A DNA stretch of 58,986 nucleotides, the filler included. It is 5 parts of 5 records of this genome, joined end to end, with 100 filler letters (N's around TTAATTAATTAA, not from the genome) between each part and the next. Parts side by side here need not be neighbours in the genome. Positions count along the whole stretch, not along the records: positions 13,795 to 27,362 come from SRR31156797_18217; positions 27,463 to 37,037 come from SRR31156797_18238; 3 more parts are not named here. One strand, written 5' to 3'. The notes beneath the pieces were generated by a model that saw only the letters and a list, made by a program, of their open reading frames with translations, had not been told where the DNA came from and made no database searches. Below are positions 19,039-29,469 of the stretch, in pieces. Position 1 is the stretch's first letter; each line of letters begins with the position of its first letter. Both the position numbers and the translations under genes were made by a program.

Positions 19039-20096
19039 CTAGTTGGCAGCCTTGATTTTATCGAGAATCTTACCTTCCATACTTTCCAGCTTGGCCGGAA
19101 CAGGCGGATACCAGTTAATCTTATCGATAACTGCCTGAGGAAAGGAGCGTGCGAAGTTAGCAGCAACAGCCTTTTCGGTAAACTTCAGGGCATCCTGAGA
19201 CGCAGTGGCGTATTTTTCCTTGGAGGAGAAGTAACCAGCATTTTCAGGCTTCATCATGAAATTGATCCACTTGTAAGCGGCATCAACGTTTTTAGCCTTG
19301 GCGGGGATAGCGAAAGTATCGATCCAACCGAGAGCGCCTTCTTTGGGTGCTTTGAAATCAATAGCCTTGTTATCAGCGTGAAGCTTCCAGCCGCCGTTAT
19401 CCCAAGCCATAGCTAAAAACACTTCACCTGAACGCATGGATTCCAGCAGGGAGTCACCGTTAGCCCAGTAATTCTTTACGATAGGCTTAGCTTTGATCAG
19501 AGTCTCAGCAATTTTGTCTAGCATGGCTTTATAGGCCTTGGGATCATCATAAAGAGGAAAGGATCATAACCGAGAGCAAAGCCCATAGCGATGAGAGTAG
19601 GTCTTTTTAAACGGTAGCTCACGCGACCTTTATACTTGGGATCAATGAGAGCTTTAAAAGAATCGGCTTTCGGTGCCTTATCACTATTCACGATCAGCCC
19701 GGAAGTCCCCCAACAGAAAGGAGCTGCGTAGGATTTGTCTTTAACAAGAGTATTAGCTTTAACCGCAGTGAGCATGGAAGGAATGAACAGGCTGGAATCA
19801 AGCTTGGAATAATCCATAGCCTGATACAATTTGTATTTGGCCTGAACGGATGAAATACGGTCCTGAGAAGGCTGCGCAAGATCGAAACCTGCACCACGGG
19901 TAGCCCGCAACTTGGCGATCATTTCTTCGTTGTTGGAGAAGGTGACTTCAACCTTGATTCCGGTTTCCTTCTCAAAAGTGTCGATCAATTTCTGGGGAGC
20001 ATACCCTTTCCAGGTTAACAATTTAAGAGTCTCCGCCTGAGCGGTTCCGGCCAGAGCAAATAGGGTCAGTAAAGCAAATACAATAATCCTTTTCAT
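19039..20096 (-). pseudogene. Polyamine ABC substrate-binding protein (PotD-like), frameshifted
   Basis: Split into ORFs 19518-20096 and 19039-19524. Adding one base near 19556 restores GYDPF-x-LYDDPKAYKAMLDKI. Confidence 0.8.
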
Positions 20097-20291
20097 GACA
20101 AACTCCATATTTTTGTAACAAACAAGCGATCAATTCCGTTAGTTGTTACAGACACATACAAATCAGCACACCACCAACTCGTCACAAAATAGCAAAGGTC
20201 ACGTTACAGTTATATTTGAATTCAAGGCAAGATTTTTGATTATTTCCCCAAATCGAAAACAATTTGAGCGGTTCCGAAAATATACCATTGC

Positions 20292-20329
20292 AAAAGAAAA
20301 GCCCTCCCGTGCAGAGCACGGGAGGGCTT
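20292..20329 (-). terminator. Intrinsic terminator
   Basis: AAGCCCTCCCGTGC/GCACGGGAGGGCTT stem followed by a U tract on the minus strand. Confidence 0.85.
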
Positions 20330-20353
20330 CAATTAATTCTATTCAGCTATGTC

Positions 20354-20449
20354 TTACTGATTCTTGAAGGCAATACGGAAGCAGGTATAAGCTCCGCCCC
20401 AAGTAATGCCGAGTCCGAAAATCATCATGATGATTGCTGAGAATTCCAT
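20354..20449 (-). CDS. MetS-family NSS transporter small subunit (31 aa; absent from the ORF track)
   Basis: MEFSAIIMMIFGLGITWGGAYTCFRIAFKNQ*: SAI-MM..WGG pattern, starts 2 nt after the NSS stop, SD AGGAG. Confidence 0.8.
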   Translation of the reverse strand: MEFSAIIMMIFGLGITWGGAYTCFRIAFKNQ

Positions 20450-20451
20450 AT

Positions 20452-21960
20452 CTAGCTCCTTTTCAGGAAGTTTCTGTTGATACCGCTAACAGTGGCGAAT
20501 CCGCCTTGACTGCGGGCACAAACCAGACCGAAAATCAGGCAGATAACAAGTGTGGACCAGCCGAATGCAATAGTGGCCGGAGTGGAATAACCGCCGTAAT
20601 TCTTGGAAATGTCACCCACGAAGTTTGAAACCAGCATGAAACCGAGCATTGCGGGAATCACAAAACGCAGGCTGTTTATCCAGAGTGCTCCAACTTTGAT
20701 CTCGGAAGTCAGATTCACGTGGTTGCGCAAGTCATCGAGCTTGCAAAACCAGGCCACAAAAATGATCTCAATGAATCCGCCCATGAGGATACCGAAGTTA
20801 TTGATGAAGTGGTCCACGATATCAAGCAGAAGCAAACCACCGCCGGTGGTGAAGGCGATGCTGACCAAGAAGCCGAGCACGCATAAAATAGTGGCTGCAA
20901 CCTTACGGGAAACATTCATCTTATCGATAAGTGCGGCAACAACAACCTCGGAAAGGGAGATCATGGAAGACAGACCTGCAACAGTAAGTGCAAGGAAGAA
21001 CAGGGTCCCGAAAAATGCGGGAGCAGGCATCAGGTTGATAGCGGTGGGCAGAGTGATAAAAGCAAGCCCGACACCGGAACCTGCAACTTCACTAACTGGA
21101 ACGCCCTGCTGATGGGCCATGTAACCAAGCACGCTAAAAATCATGATTCCGGAAATGATGCTGAAGCCGCAGTTGATAAATACGGTCATACAGGCATTGT
21201 TGTTGATATCGGAATCCTTGGAAAGGTAACTGGAGTAAGAAATCATGATCGCAAAGCCGATGGACAGGCTGTAAAAGATCTGACCGAAAGCATCAGCCCA
21301 GACTTTTCCATCCAGAATGGCGTTAAAATCAGGCTTGAACAGCCACTCCAGACCATCAGCAGCACCGGGCAGCATCAGTCCCCTGCCGATGAAAATAAAC
21401 ACAAGCAGGAAAAGTAAAGGCATGAAGATCTTGCTGATCCGCTCAATACCGCTTTTGACCCCGGTAAAAACAGCCACAAAAGTCATCAGCCATGCAGCAG
21501 CTGTGGCATAAAGGATTGAAGTCTGCACACCGCCCATGTTCATGGGGGAATCGGTCAGGCCTAGGAATTCACCGAAAAAGAACTCCTTGGGCGAGGCAGT
21601 CCAGCCCTGATTGAAGGCAAGGAGGAAATAGTTAATAGCCCAAGCCACGACTACGACATAGTAGGTGGTAATGATGAAAGAAACCATGACCTGCCACCAG
21701 CCAAGCCATTCCCATTTTTTAGAAATGGAGGAAAAAACTTTAGGAGCTGAGCCCTTAAATTTCTGGCCCAGACCAAACTCAAGAATCATGAAAGGCATAC
21801 CTGCGGCAAGCATGGCCACAAAATAAGGGATGAGGAATGCACCGCCGCCGTTTTCATAAACCATGTACGGAAAACGCCAGATGTTTCCCAATCCAATTGC
21901 GGACCCCACTGCGGCCATGATGAAGCCGGTGCGTGAGCCCCATGTTTCTCTTTTCTGCAT
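20452..21960 (-). CDS. Sodium-dependent NSS (SNF) family amino-acid transporter
   Basis: RETWGSRTGFIMAAVGSAIGLGNIWRFPY, GGGAFLIPY, WADAFGQIFYSLS. Confidence 0.95.
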   Translation of the reverse strand: MQKRETWGSRTGFIMAAVGSAIGLGNIWRFPYMVYENGGGAFLIPYFVAMLAAGMPFMILEFGLGQKFKGSAPKVFSSISKKWEWLGWWQVMVSFIITTYYVVVVAWAINYFLLAFNQGWTASPKEFFFGEFLGLTDSPMNMGGVQTSILYATAAAWLMTFVAVFTGVKSGIERISKIFMPLLFLLVFIFIGRGLMLPGAADGLEWLFKPDFNAILDGKVWADAFGQIFYSLSIGFAIMISYSSYLSKDSDINNNACMTVFINCGFSIISGIMIFSVLGYMAHQQGVPVSEVAGSGVGLAFITLPTAINLMPAPAFFGTLFFLALTVAGLSSMISLSEVVVAALIDKMNVSRKVAATILCVLGFLVSIAFTTGGGLLLLDIVDHFINNFGILMGGFIEIIFVAWFCKLDDLRNHVNLTSEIKVGALWINSLRFVIPAMLGFMLVSNFVGDISKNYGGYSTPATIAFGWSTLVICLIFGLVCARSQGGFATVSGINRNFLKRS

Positions 21961-22213
21961 GTTGCTGTAACTCCTTGAAATCCGGCTTCACAACAGCAAT
22001 GCGAAACCAGCATAAAAAAAAAGGTAAAAGAAATCTAAATCACCCGGACGGCGATTCTTCCAACAGGAAACAGGACTATGGAATTTCAAGACTAACTTTT
22101 CAGCCTGTCCTCCCGGACAGATGCACACTGTGGCACAGATGTTTCAACACTCTCAACGGGGAAAAGGTATGTTTTGGACAGGATGAGGAGAGCTAATAGC
22201 CCATGGGGGCGAT

Positions 22214-22242
22214 TTAATAATCCAGATAACGAGCGGGGTCAA
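22214..22242 (-). promoter_or_regulatory. Putative sigma70 promoter for the NSS gene
   Basis: TTGACC-N17-TATTAA on the minus strand. Confidence 0.5.
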
Positions 22243-22491
22243 CAGTAAGACCACCATTCTTTACATTTTGCGACATTTTACCACCAATTCACATTGAATA
22301 TCGAAAAATTTTACCTGTTTTTAAAAATTAATTCAGACTCAACAGTAAAACATAAAAACTAAAACAACAAATTACGCTACTCCATAAGCAACAATGAAAT
22401 ACGTACTGCTTACATATTACTTACTGTTGTGATAGACTGAGAATACCAACATGAACTGAATGGAAAGACCCATTTTATCCAAGGAGGTATC

Positions 22492-24063
22492 ATGGGGAAG
22501 GACGATCTATTATTCAGCGACAGTGACGACCTCTTCTTGGAAGACGAAGTAGAAATCGAAGAACCAAGCTCCCACAACCTGTGGAAAATATTGATAGTAG
22601 ATGACGAGAAGGAAGTTCATAACACAACAAAGCTCGTTCTCAATGATTTTAAATTTGAAGGTGTTGGACTGGAATTTCTATCCGCCTATTCAGGACAGGA
22701 AGCTCTGGAGATACTGAGAGAACACACCGATATTGCAGTTGTTCTATTGGACGTAGTTATGGAAACGCCTCATGCCGGCCTAGACTGCGCCGATGCTATT
22801 AGAAACGATTTGAATAATAAAAATATTCGCATAGTCCTCAGGACAGGCCAGCCGGGACAAGCTCCGGAACGCAAGGTAATTGTTGAATACGACATCAATG
22901 ACTATAAACACAAAACAGAATTAACAACGCAACGGCTGTTTAGCACTGTTTACACTGCCATACGTTCATACAGGGATTTATCTGCATTAGATAAACAACG
23001 GATCGGATTAAGATACATAATCGATGCCTCGGCTGATTTTTTTCAACAACGCTCCATTAGCAAGTTGGCAAAAGGTGTGCTGACTCAAATAGAAGCGATG
23101 TTCAGTATGCACAACTCATTATATGTCCATTCTAAAAAAGGTTTTGCTGCTGCACTGAATAACGGGACGAATAAAATCTGGAGCGTCCTTACCGGAACAG
23201 GCAAATATGGAACCAGCATCGAAGACAATCAAATTAGTGAAAAGATTCTTAATCTTCTAAACGAAGCCGTAGAATCCAAGAAGAGTGCTTTTGTAGGTGA
23301 TGATTTCATTGGATACTTCCCTACCCAGACAGACAAACACCACGCCATCTACCTTGAAGATTGCAGGGCTCAAAATATTGAAGAAATTAATGACCTTTTA
23401 ACTGTCTTTACCAACAATGTCGGTATTGCACTGGACAATGCATATTTGAATGAAGAGATACAGGAAACACAAACAGAAGTACTCTACCGACTTGGTGAAA
23501 TTATTGAAACTAGATCAAAAGAAACCGCTTACCATGTAGAACGTGTTTCAGAATACAGTTATATCATAGGTAAAGCTGCAGGAATGTCTACGATAGATGC
23601 TAAAAGGTTAAAGCAGGCATCTCCTATGCATGACATAGGGAAAGTAGGCATTTCGGATAATATTCTTTTAAAACCTGAAAAACTAACTGAAGAAGAATTC
23701 GAATTAATGAAGACCCATACGACAATTGGGTACAGACTCTTCAAATCATCCAGAAGACAACTATTAAAAGTAGCTGCCAACATAGCATATACACATCATG
23801 AACGTTGGGACGGAAGCGGATACCCTAGGGGGATCAAAGGCGAAGAAATCCCCCTTGAAGGCCGCATAACTAATATCGTTGATGTATTCGATGCCCTGTG
23901 CAGTGACCGGGTTTACAAGAAGGCCTGGTCTGCCGATGACGCTTTAAAGTTCATCATTGAGGAAAAGGGAAAAATGTTTGACCCCAAGCTTGTCGATGTA
24001 TTTGAAGAGCAGTTTGAAAATATTATTAAGGTTAAAATGAAATATTCAGGCACACAGGAATAG
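22492..24063 (+). CDS. Response regulator with REC, DUF3369-like and HD-GYP (cyclic di-GMP phosphodiesterase) domains
   Basis: ILIVDDE..LLDVVME; LRTGQPGQAPE; HDIGK, HHERWDGSGYPRG, DVFDAL..RVYK; SD AGGAGG. Confidence 0.92.
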   Translation: MGKDDLLFSDSDDLFLEDEVEIEEPSSHNLWKILIVDDEKEVHNTTKLVLNDFKFEGVGLEFLSAYSGQEALEILREHTDIAVVLLDVVMETPHAGLDCADAIRNDLNNKNIRIVLRTGQPGQAPERKVIVEYDINDYKHKTELTTQRLFSTVYTAIRSYRDLSALDKQRIGLRYIIDASADFFQQRSISKLAKGVLTQIEAMFSMHNSLYVHSKKGFAAALNNGTNKIWSVLTGTGKYGTSIEDNQISEKILNLLNEAVESKKSAFVGDDFIGYFPTQTDKHHAIYLEDCRAQNIEEINDLLTVFTNNVGIALDNAYLNEEIQETQTEVLYRLGEIIETRSKETAYHVERVSEYSYIIGKAAGMSTIDAKRLKQASPMHDIGKVGISDNILLKPEKLTEEEFELMKTHTTIGYRLFKSSRRQLLKVAANIAYTHHERWDGSGYPRGIKGEEIPLEGRITNIVDVFDALCSDRVYKKAWSADDALKFIIEEKGKMFDPKLVDVFEEQFENIIKVKMKYSGTQE

Positions 24064-24065
24064 CT

Positions 24066-26009
24066 ATGTCTATCTTCAAAAAATTTGCGAAATCGGCAGA
24101 TTCATTATGGGTAAAAATTTCAATTCCCATAGTAGCTTCCGTCGTATTATTTTTGGGAGTTGTTGTGTTTGTTCAGTTGCCCGAGACTTATGATGCTTTA
24201 CTAACTAAACGCAAAGAAGCACTGAAGGATGCCACGGACATTGCCTGGAACACACTTAAATTCTATAACGAAAAGCAATTACACGGCGAAATATCAGTAA
24301 AAGAAGCTCAAGAACATGCCATAAAGAATATTTCTCAAATTAGATTTGGAGCATCAGGTAAAGATTACTTTTGGATTATGGATTACCACCCGCATATGAT
24401 CATGCACCCATATGTACCAGAACTCAATGGAGTAGACGTTAGAGATCATCAAGATGCCAAAGGTAAAAAATTGTTTATTGATATGATTTCTAAAACTGAA
24501 AAAACAGGAGCTGCATACATTCCTTATTATTGGCAATGGCAGGATGATAAAAATAAAATATATGCAAAGTTATCATACGTAAAACGTTTCAAGCCGTGGG
24601 GATGGATAATTGGAACAGGAGCTTACATTAACGATATTGAAGAGAATGCAAGACAACAAACCAAACATATGTTTTTTGCTACATTGGGAGTCCTTAGCAT
24701 TATATCCATACTCTCGTTTCTCTCTATTAGAAAATCCGTTCAAGCCTCTTCAATTATTGCTAAAAATGAAGCGAAGATGAGAGAAATCTTCCAGCAATCT
24801 AAAGAGTTGCTGATAATTATAGATATGGAAGGTAAGATTCTCCAAACCAACAGAGCTGTATTTGAAATGTCTAAACTTTCAGCCCATCAAATTCCAAACT
24901 CCCAGCTTACAGAACTATTTCCTAACATTGCCCCAACCTCCGCCGAGACCATGCAAAAGGCAGTCGTAAATGCACGCACTGGCACAAGCTCAAACTTCGA
25001 CATGAAGCTCATAGCAGACGACAACACAAAAACCTATTTGAAAGTAACAATTACCCCCATCAATGACGACGCGGGAGAACCCATATTTATTCTTGCAAAT
25101 GGGATAAATCTTACAGACATCAATATTGCTTTTGAACAACTTGAGGAACTGAACACCAATCTGGAAGCACGTGTAGCTGAAAGAACTAACGAATTGAAAT
25201 TATCCCTTGAAAACCTGCAGAGTACGCAGGACCAGTTGGTTCAATCCGAAAAGATGGCTGCACTGGGCGGACTGGTCGCCGGAGTTGCCCATGAAATAAA
25301 CACCCCGCTGGGTTTAGGTGTGACAAATGCCACCTTTCTGCAAGAGCAAGTAAGCAATATAAAAACGGCTTATGAAGAAGGTAAATTCACCAAAGGAGAG
25401 TTTGAGGTTTTCCTAAACAATAGTGAGGAAGCGACACGTTCAATGCTGGTTAACCTCAGAAGAGGAGCCGACATCATTCGAAGCTTTAAACAGGTTGCAG
25501 TTGATCAAACTAATGAATCTTTGCGGACCATCAACCTTAATGAATACCTTGATGAAGTTCTGCTCAGTTTAAAACCTAGCTATAAAAACAGCGGGCACAC
25601 TGTGACAACAGAATGTCCTGACGATATCATGATCACAACATATCCCGGACTTTTAATGCAGATAATCTCTAACCTGACAATGAATTCGCTGATCCATGCT
25701 TTTAGTGGAAGAGAATCCGGACATATTGCTATTAAAGTTTCTAGAGAAAATGATAAAATTAAAATCGTTTATTCTGATGATGGTATCGGCCTGACACAAG
25801 AGCAGCAAACGAAAATATACGACCCCTTCTTTACGTCAAAACAAGCTGCAGGCGGCACAGGGTTGGGCATGCACATTGTATATAATATTGTTACCCAAAA
25901 GCTGTGTGGTTCAATACAATTAGAATCATCACCCGGCCACGGGGTTTGTTTTACCATCGTCATTCCTGAACACAATGATGACTCTATTTGCAAAAACTCA
26001 ACCAGTTAA
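24066..26009 (+). CDS. Cache-domain/PAS sensor histidine kinase
   Basis: Periplasmic Cache (YFWIMD..MHP..WGWIIGTGAY); EKMAALGGLVAGVAHEINTPLG; DDGIG, DPFFTSK, GGTGLGM. Confidence 0.92.
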   Translation: MSIFKKFAKSADSLWVKISIPIVASVVLFLGVVVFVQLPETYDALLTKRKEALKDATDIAWNTLKFYNEKQLHGEISVKEAQEHAIKNISQIRFGASGKDYFWIMDYHPHMIMHPYVPELNGVDVRDHQDAKGKKLFIDMISKTEKTGAAYIPYYWQWQDDKNKIYAKLSYVKRFKPWGWIIGTGAYINDIEENARQQTKHMFFATLGVLSIISILSFLSIRKSVQASSIIAKNEAKMREIFQQSKELLIIIDMEGKILQTNRAVFEMSKLSAHQIPNSQLTELFPNIAPTSAETMQKAVVNARTGTSSNFDMKLIADDNTKTYLKVTITPINDDAGEPIFILANGINLTDINIAFEQLEELNTNLEARVAERTNELKLSLENLQSTQDQLVQSEKMAALGGLVAGVAHEINTPLGLGVTNATFLQEQVSNIKTAYEEGKFTKGEFEVFLNNSEEATRSMLVNLRRGADIIRSFKQVAVDQTNESLRTINLNEYLDEVLLSLKPSYKNSGHTVTTECPDDIMITTYPGLLMQIISNLTMNSLIHAFSGRESGHIAIKVSRENDKIKIVYSDDGIGLTQEQQTKIYDPFFTSKQAAGGTGLGMHIVYNIVTQKLCGSIQLESSPGHGVCFTIVIPEHNDDSICKNSTS

Positions 26010-26255
26010 TAGATCAAACGACGGACTTTTAAGACAGGCAATTATCCTACATTTTCTAAAAAAATTACGATAATTGTTGACTCAGCTTCAATTGTCGTAA
26101 ATAAGAGTCAGCTTTCGAAAGAACGGCAGGCATTAAAAGACGTAACCAAATTAACACCCCACTGGTACTCATTGTCGTTCCGCACATCTCACCAAAAGCT
26201 TAAAACATCACATTAACTGACTGATCGCGAATCAGTTTTGAGTATTAATATTTGC

Positions 26256-26292
26256 AGTAGGGGCCGCCTGCGGTCTCTACTATTTTGTTTTT
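26256..26292 (+). terminator. Terminator-like hairpin in the SulP 5' leader
   Basis: AGTAGGGGCCG-CCTG-CGGTCTCTACT followed by ATTTTGTTTTT, about 33 nt before the SulP start. Confidence 0.6.
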
Positions 26293-26324
26293 GACAATTC
26301 CAACCAGTTTTAAAAGGATTTTTC

Positions 26325-27362
26325 GTGAATTCAAACAATTCAATTGTTTCCCCCTCCAACGGCAGTGTTCGGGCCGACATTTTTTCCGGGCTGACTGTTG
26401 CCCTCGCCCTTGTTCCTGAAGCTGTCGCCTTCTCCTTTGTCGCAGGTGTCCCGCCCATGGTCGGACTGTACGGTGCATTTCTCATGTGCCTTATCACCGC
26501 AGTTCTCGGCGGCAGGCCCGGCATGATCTCCGGAGCAACCGGGGCCATGGCTGTGGTCATGGTCAGTCTGGTTATGGAAGGTAACGCGCTGGGCGGTCCC
26601 GACTCCCATGCAGGGCTTCAGTACCTGTTTTTCACCCTGCTGCTGGTCGGTATTTTTCAGCTACTTGCCGGCTTCTTCCGCCTTGGCAAATTTATCCGCA
26701 TGGTGCCCAGATCGGTTATGATGGGATTCGTTAACGGATTGGCTATTGTCATTTTTCTTTCCCAGCTGAACATGTTCAAATCAGAAGGGACATGGATGCA
26801 AGGCCAACCACTCTGGCTCATGGTCGGACTCGTAGCCTTAACCATGGCAATCCTGACCATCGTGCCTAAACTGCATAAGAAGGCACCCGGAGCACTGATC
26901 GCCATTATTTCGGTCTCTGTCTTTGTCACAGCCATGCAGATCGATACCCAAACCGTACTTTCGTTCATCCAGTCAAACGGCGGAACCGGCATTAAAGGCG
27001 GCCTGCCCTCCTTTGCCCTTCCTCAAGTGCCACTGACTTGGAACACACTTGTCTTTGTCACCCCTTATGCCCTGATCTTAGCTGCCATCGGCCTGATCGA
27101 AAGCCTGATGACCTTATCACTGGTTGACGAACTCACTGAAACACGCGGCAGTGGTAACCGCGAATGTCTGGCTCAAGGAATCGGAAACTTTGTCAACGGC
27201 CTGTTCGGCGGCATGGGCGGCTGCGCCATGATCGGTCAGAGCATGATCAATATTTCCTCCGGCGGACGCGGAAGACTTTCCGGTATTGTTGCTGCCGGAG
27301 CCTTGCTCTTTTTCATCATGTTTACTTCACAGTATATTGAACAGATTCCCATTGCCGCTCTG
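26325..27362 (+). CDS. SulP-family inorganic anion transporter, 3'-truncated
   Basis: [42 protein letters not shown]. Confidence 0.93.
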
Positions 27363-27462
27363 NNNNNNNNNNNNNNNNNNNNNNNNNNNNNNNNNNNNNN
27401 NNNNNNTTAATTAATTAANNNNNNNNNNNNNNNNNNNNNNNNNNNNNNNNNNNNNNNNNNNN
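27363..27462. other. Artificial contig-joining spacer
   Basis: N44-TTAATTAATTAA-N44. Confidence 0.98.
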
Positions 27463-27675
27463 GGTGGCGTCCAGGACCGCTTTCAGTCCTTTAACCACCG
27501 TGTCGATCTCCTGCTCCAGGAGATAGGGGTCGCTCATGAGGAGCGGTTCACAGGAGGCACCGTTAACGAGCACGGTATCGACCTTGGCATTTACCTTGAC
27601 ATGGGTGGGGAAACCGGCGCCGCCGGCTCCCACAATCCCTGCCTGCTTAATTTTTTCTATGATCGTTTCTTTCAT
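27463..27675 (-). CDS. PduS-like (RnfC-family) flavin/Fe-S protein, 3'-truncated
   Basis: AGIVGAGGAGFPTHVK..VNGASCEPLL; microcompartment context. Confidence 0.8.
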
Positions 27676-27713
27676 TCCAATCTCATCATTCTATGATTCC
27701 ATCAGCGTTGATT

Positions 27714-28820
27714 CTAGTAGAGCTGCTCGAAAATGGTCTTGAGGTCGCTGATGCTGGGGAGCCTCGGGGTACCTTCGGTGCAGGGGTCTTCCAGGGCATT
27801 GGCTGCCATGGTGGGAATGGCGGCCGTGTAGTCGGCCTGCTCTACGCCAAGATCCTTGACCCGGCTGGGGATACCCATCTGCTCGTTGAGCCACTCGATA
27901 CCATGGACAAGGCTTGTGACACCTTCGTCAATGGTGGCCGAGGGCAGGCCCAGGAGGGCCGCGATGGAGCGGTATTTCTCACCTGCGTCAAAGGTGTTGA
28001 ACCGGATTGCGTGGGGAAGTACCAGGGCGTTTGCCTTTCCATGGGGAACGTGGAACGCGCCTCCCAGGGCATGTGCGACACTGTGGCAGATGCCGAGGCC
28101 CGCATTGTTGAACGCCATGCCGGCCATGCATGATGCAAGGAGCATCCGCTCCCGTGCTTCCATGTCATCGCCGTTGCTGTAGGACCGGGCCAGGTACTTG
28201 AACACGTACTTGATGGCCTGTTCCGCATACAGGTTGGTGAAGGCGTTGGCCTTGCGGGCGGTGTAGGCTTCGATGGCGTGGGTGAGAACATCCATGCCCG
28301 TTGCCGCCGTTACCGAGGCCGGAACCGTCCGTGTAAACCGGGCATCGAGGACCGCCATGTCCGGAATCATGAGCTCGTCCACCAGGGGGAGCTTGATCCC
28401 TTTGTCCGTATCCGTTACCACCGAGAACGCCGTCACCTCGGAGCCGGTGCCGCTGGTGGTGGGAATGGCCACCAGGATCGGCTTCTTGCCGTGGGGCGCT
28501 GCCTTGTAGCAGAAATAGAGGATGGCTTTTGCCGTATCGATGGCAGAGCCGCCGCCCAGGGCGATGATCACGTCCGTGGCGTCATCCATTGCAAGCATTC
28601 CCTGTTTAACGGTGTTCAACGATGGGTCCGGCTCCACGTTGCCAAAAATGGTATAGGCGATGTCCGCCCGTTCAAGATGGCTGACGATTCTTTTCGAAAA
28701 GCCGGTTTTGACCATGAAGGGATCTGTGACCAGGAGTGCGTGCTTTGCCTCAAGGGTCTCAAGCACCTCCATGGCGTTTTTATCATAACAAATTTTCGTT
28801 TTTCCGTTAAACTGTGTCAC
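27714..28820 (-). CDS. Iron-containing alcohol dehydrogenase (EutG/PduQ-like)
   Basis: ALGGGSAIDTAK, IPTTSGTGSEVT, GMDVLTHAIEAY, GICHSVAH..HGKAN. Confidence 0.92.
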   Translation of the reverse strand: MTQFNGKTKICYDKNAMEVLETLEAKHALLVTDPFMVKTGFSKRIVSHLERADIAYTIFGNVEPDPSLNTVKQGMLAMDDATDVIIALGGGSAIDTAKAILYFCYKAAPHGKKPILVAIPTTSGTGSEVTAFSVVTDTDKGIKLPLVDELMIPDMAVLDARFTRTVPASVTAATGMDVLTHAIEAYTARKANAFTNLYAEQAIKYVFKYLARSYSNGDDMEARERMLLASCMAGMAFNNAGLGICHSVAHALGGAFHVPHGKANALVLPHAIRFNTFDAGEKYRSIAALLGLPSATIDEGVTSLVHGIEWLNEQMGIPSRVKDLGVEQADYTAAIPTMAANALEDPCTEGTPRLPSISDLKTIFEQLY

Positions 28821-28852
28821 TGGTACTTCCTTTGATTCTTTATAAATTTAAA

Positions 28853-29305
28853 CTATTGATTACTCCAGTTTGCCGGATAGGTCACGTACATGAACCGTGT
28901 TGAATCCGGAGTGCTGAAGGTCACTGAGGTGTTCATGGGAATAAAGATGATTTCACCTTTGCTGGCAGTGCTTTTAACGCCGTCAACAGTGATTTCCAGG
29001 GTGCCGTCGATGATGTAGTCCACCTCGTCATACCCAAGGGTCCAGTCAAAGGCCGAGCCCTCTTTCATCTCCATGATGCCAAACATCATTCTCGGGCTCT
29101 CCTCGAGGGTGACTGCATCCTTGAGAAAAACCTGGTCTCCGGGCTTGCCCGTATCAAACCGCTCGGTCTGCACGGCAGGCGCCTTTATGGTGATCACACC
29201 GCTGTTCCTGTCAATGGTTTTGGTTTCGTCTGTCCGGCAATTTGCCAGCTGTTCGGAAAGAACCTTGCGGATGAGATTTTCAAGTGTTTTTTCATCAATA
29301 TTCAT
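28853..29305 (-). CDS. eutQ: Ethanolamine utilization cupin protein
   Basis: FDWTLGYDEVDYIIDGTL..FMYVTYPANW; N-terminal encapsulation-peptide-like helix. Confidence 0.88.
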   Translation of the reverse strand: MNIDEKTLENLIRKVLSEQLANCRTDETKTIDRNSGVITIKAPAVQTERFDTGKPGDQVFLKDAVTLEESPRMMFGIMEMKEGSAFDWTLGYDEVDYIIDGTLEITVDGVKSTASKGEIIFIPMNTSVTFSTPDSTRFMYVTYPANWSNQ

Positions 29306-29360
29306 ATTAAACCTCGCTTTCTACAACAAACCGTTTACATGTGTCAATGACAATCCATGG

Positions 29361-29405
29361 GGTCGGGCTTTCTTATTGAAAAAAATACAATAAAAAAGCC
29401 CGACC
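29361..29405. other. Long intra-operon stem-loop
   Basis: GGTCGGGCTTTCTTATTG-N9-CAATAAAAAAGCCCGACC (18 bp, 1 mismatch) downstream of a shell gene. Confidence 0.65.
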
Positions 29406-29469
29406 ACCGTTATCATGATCACTTCAACTGACTTCAGGTGATCAGACCTCTCTTATAAGGCAGCCGCCG

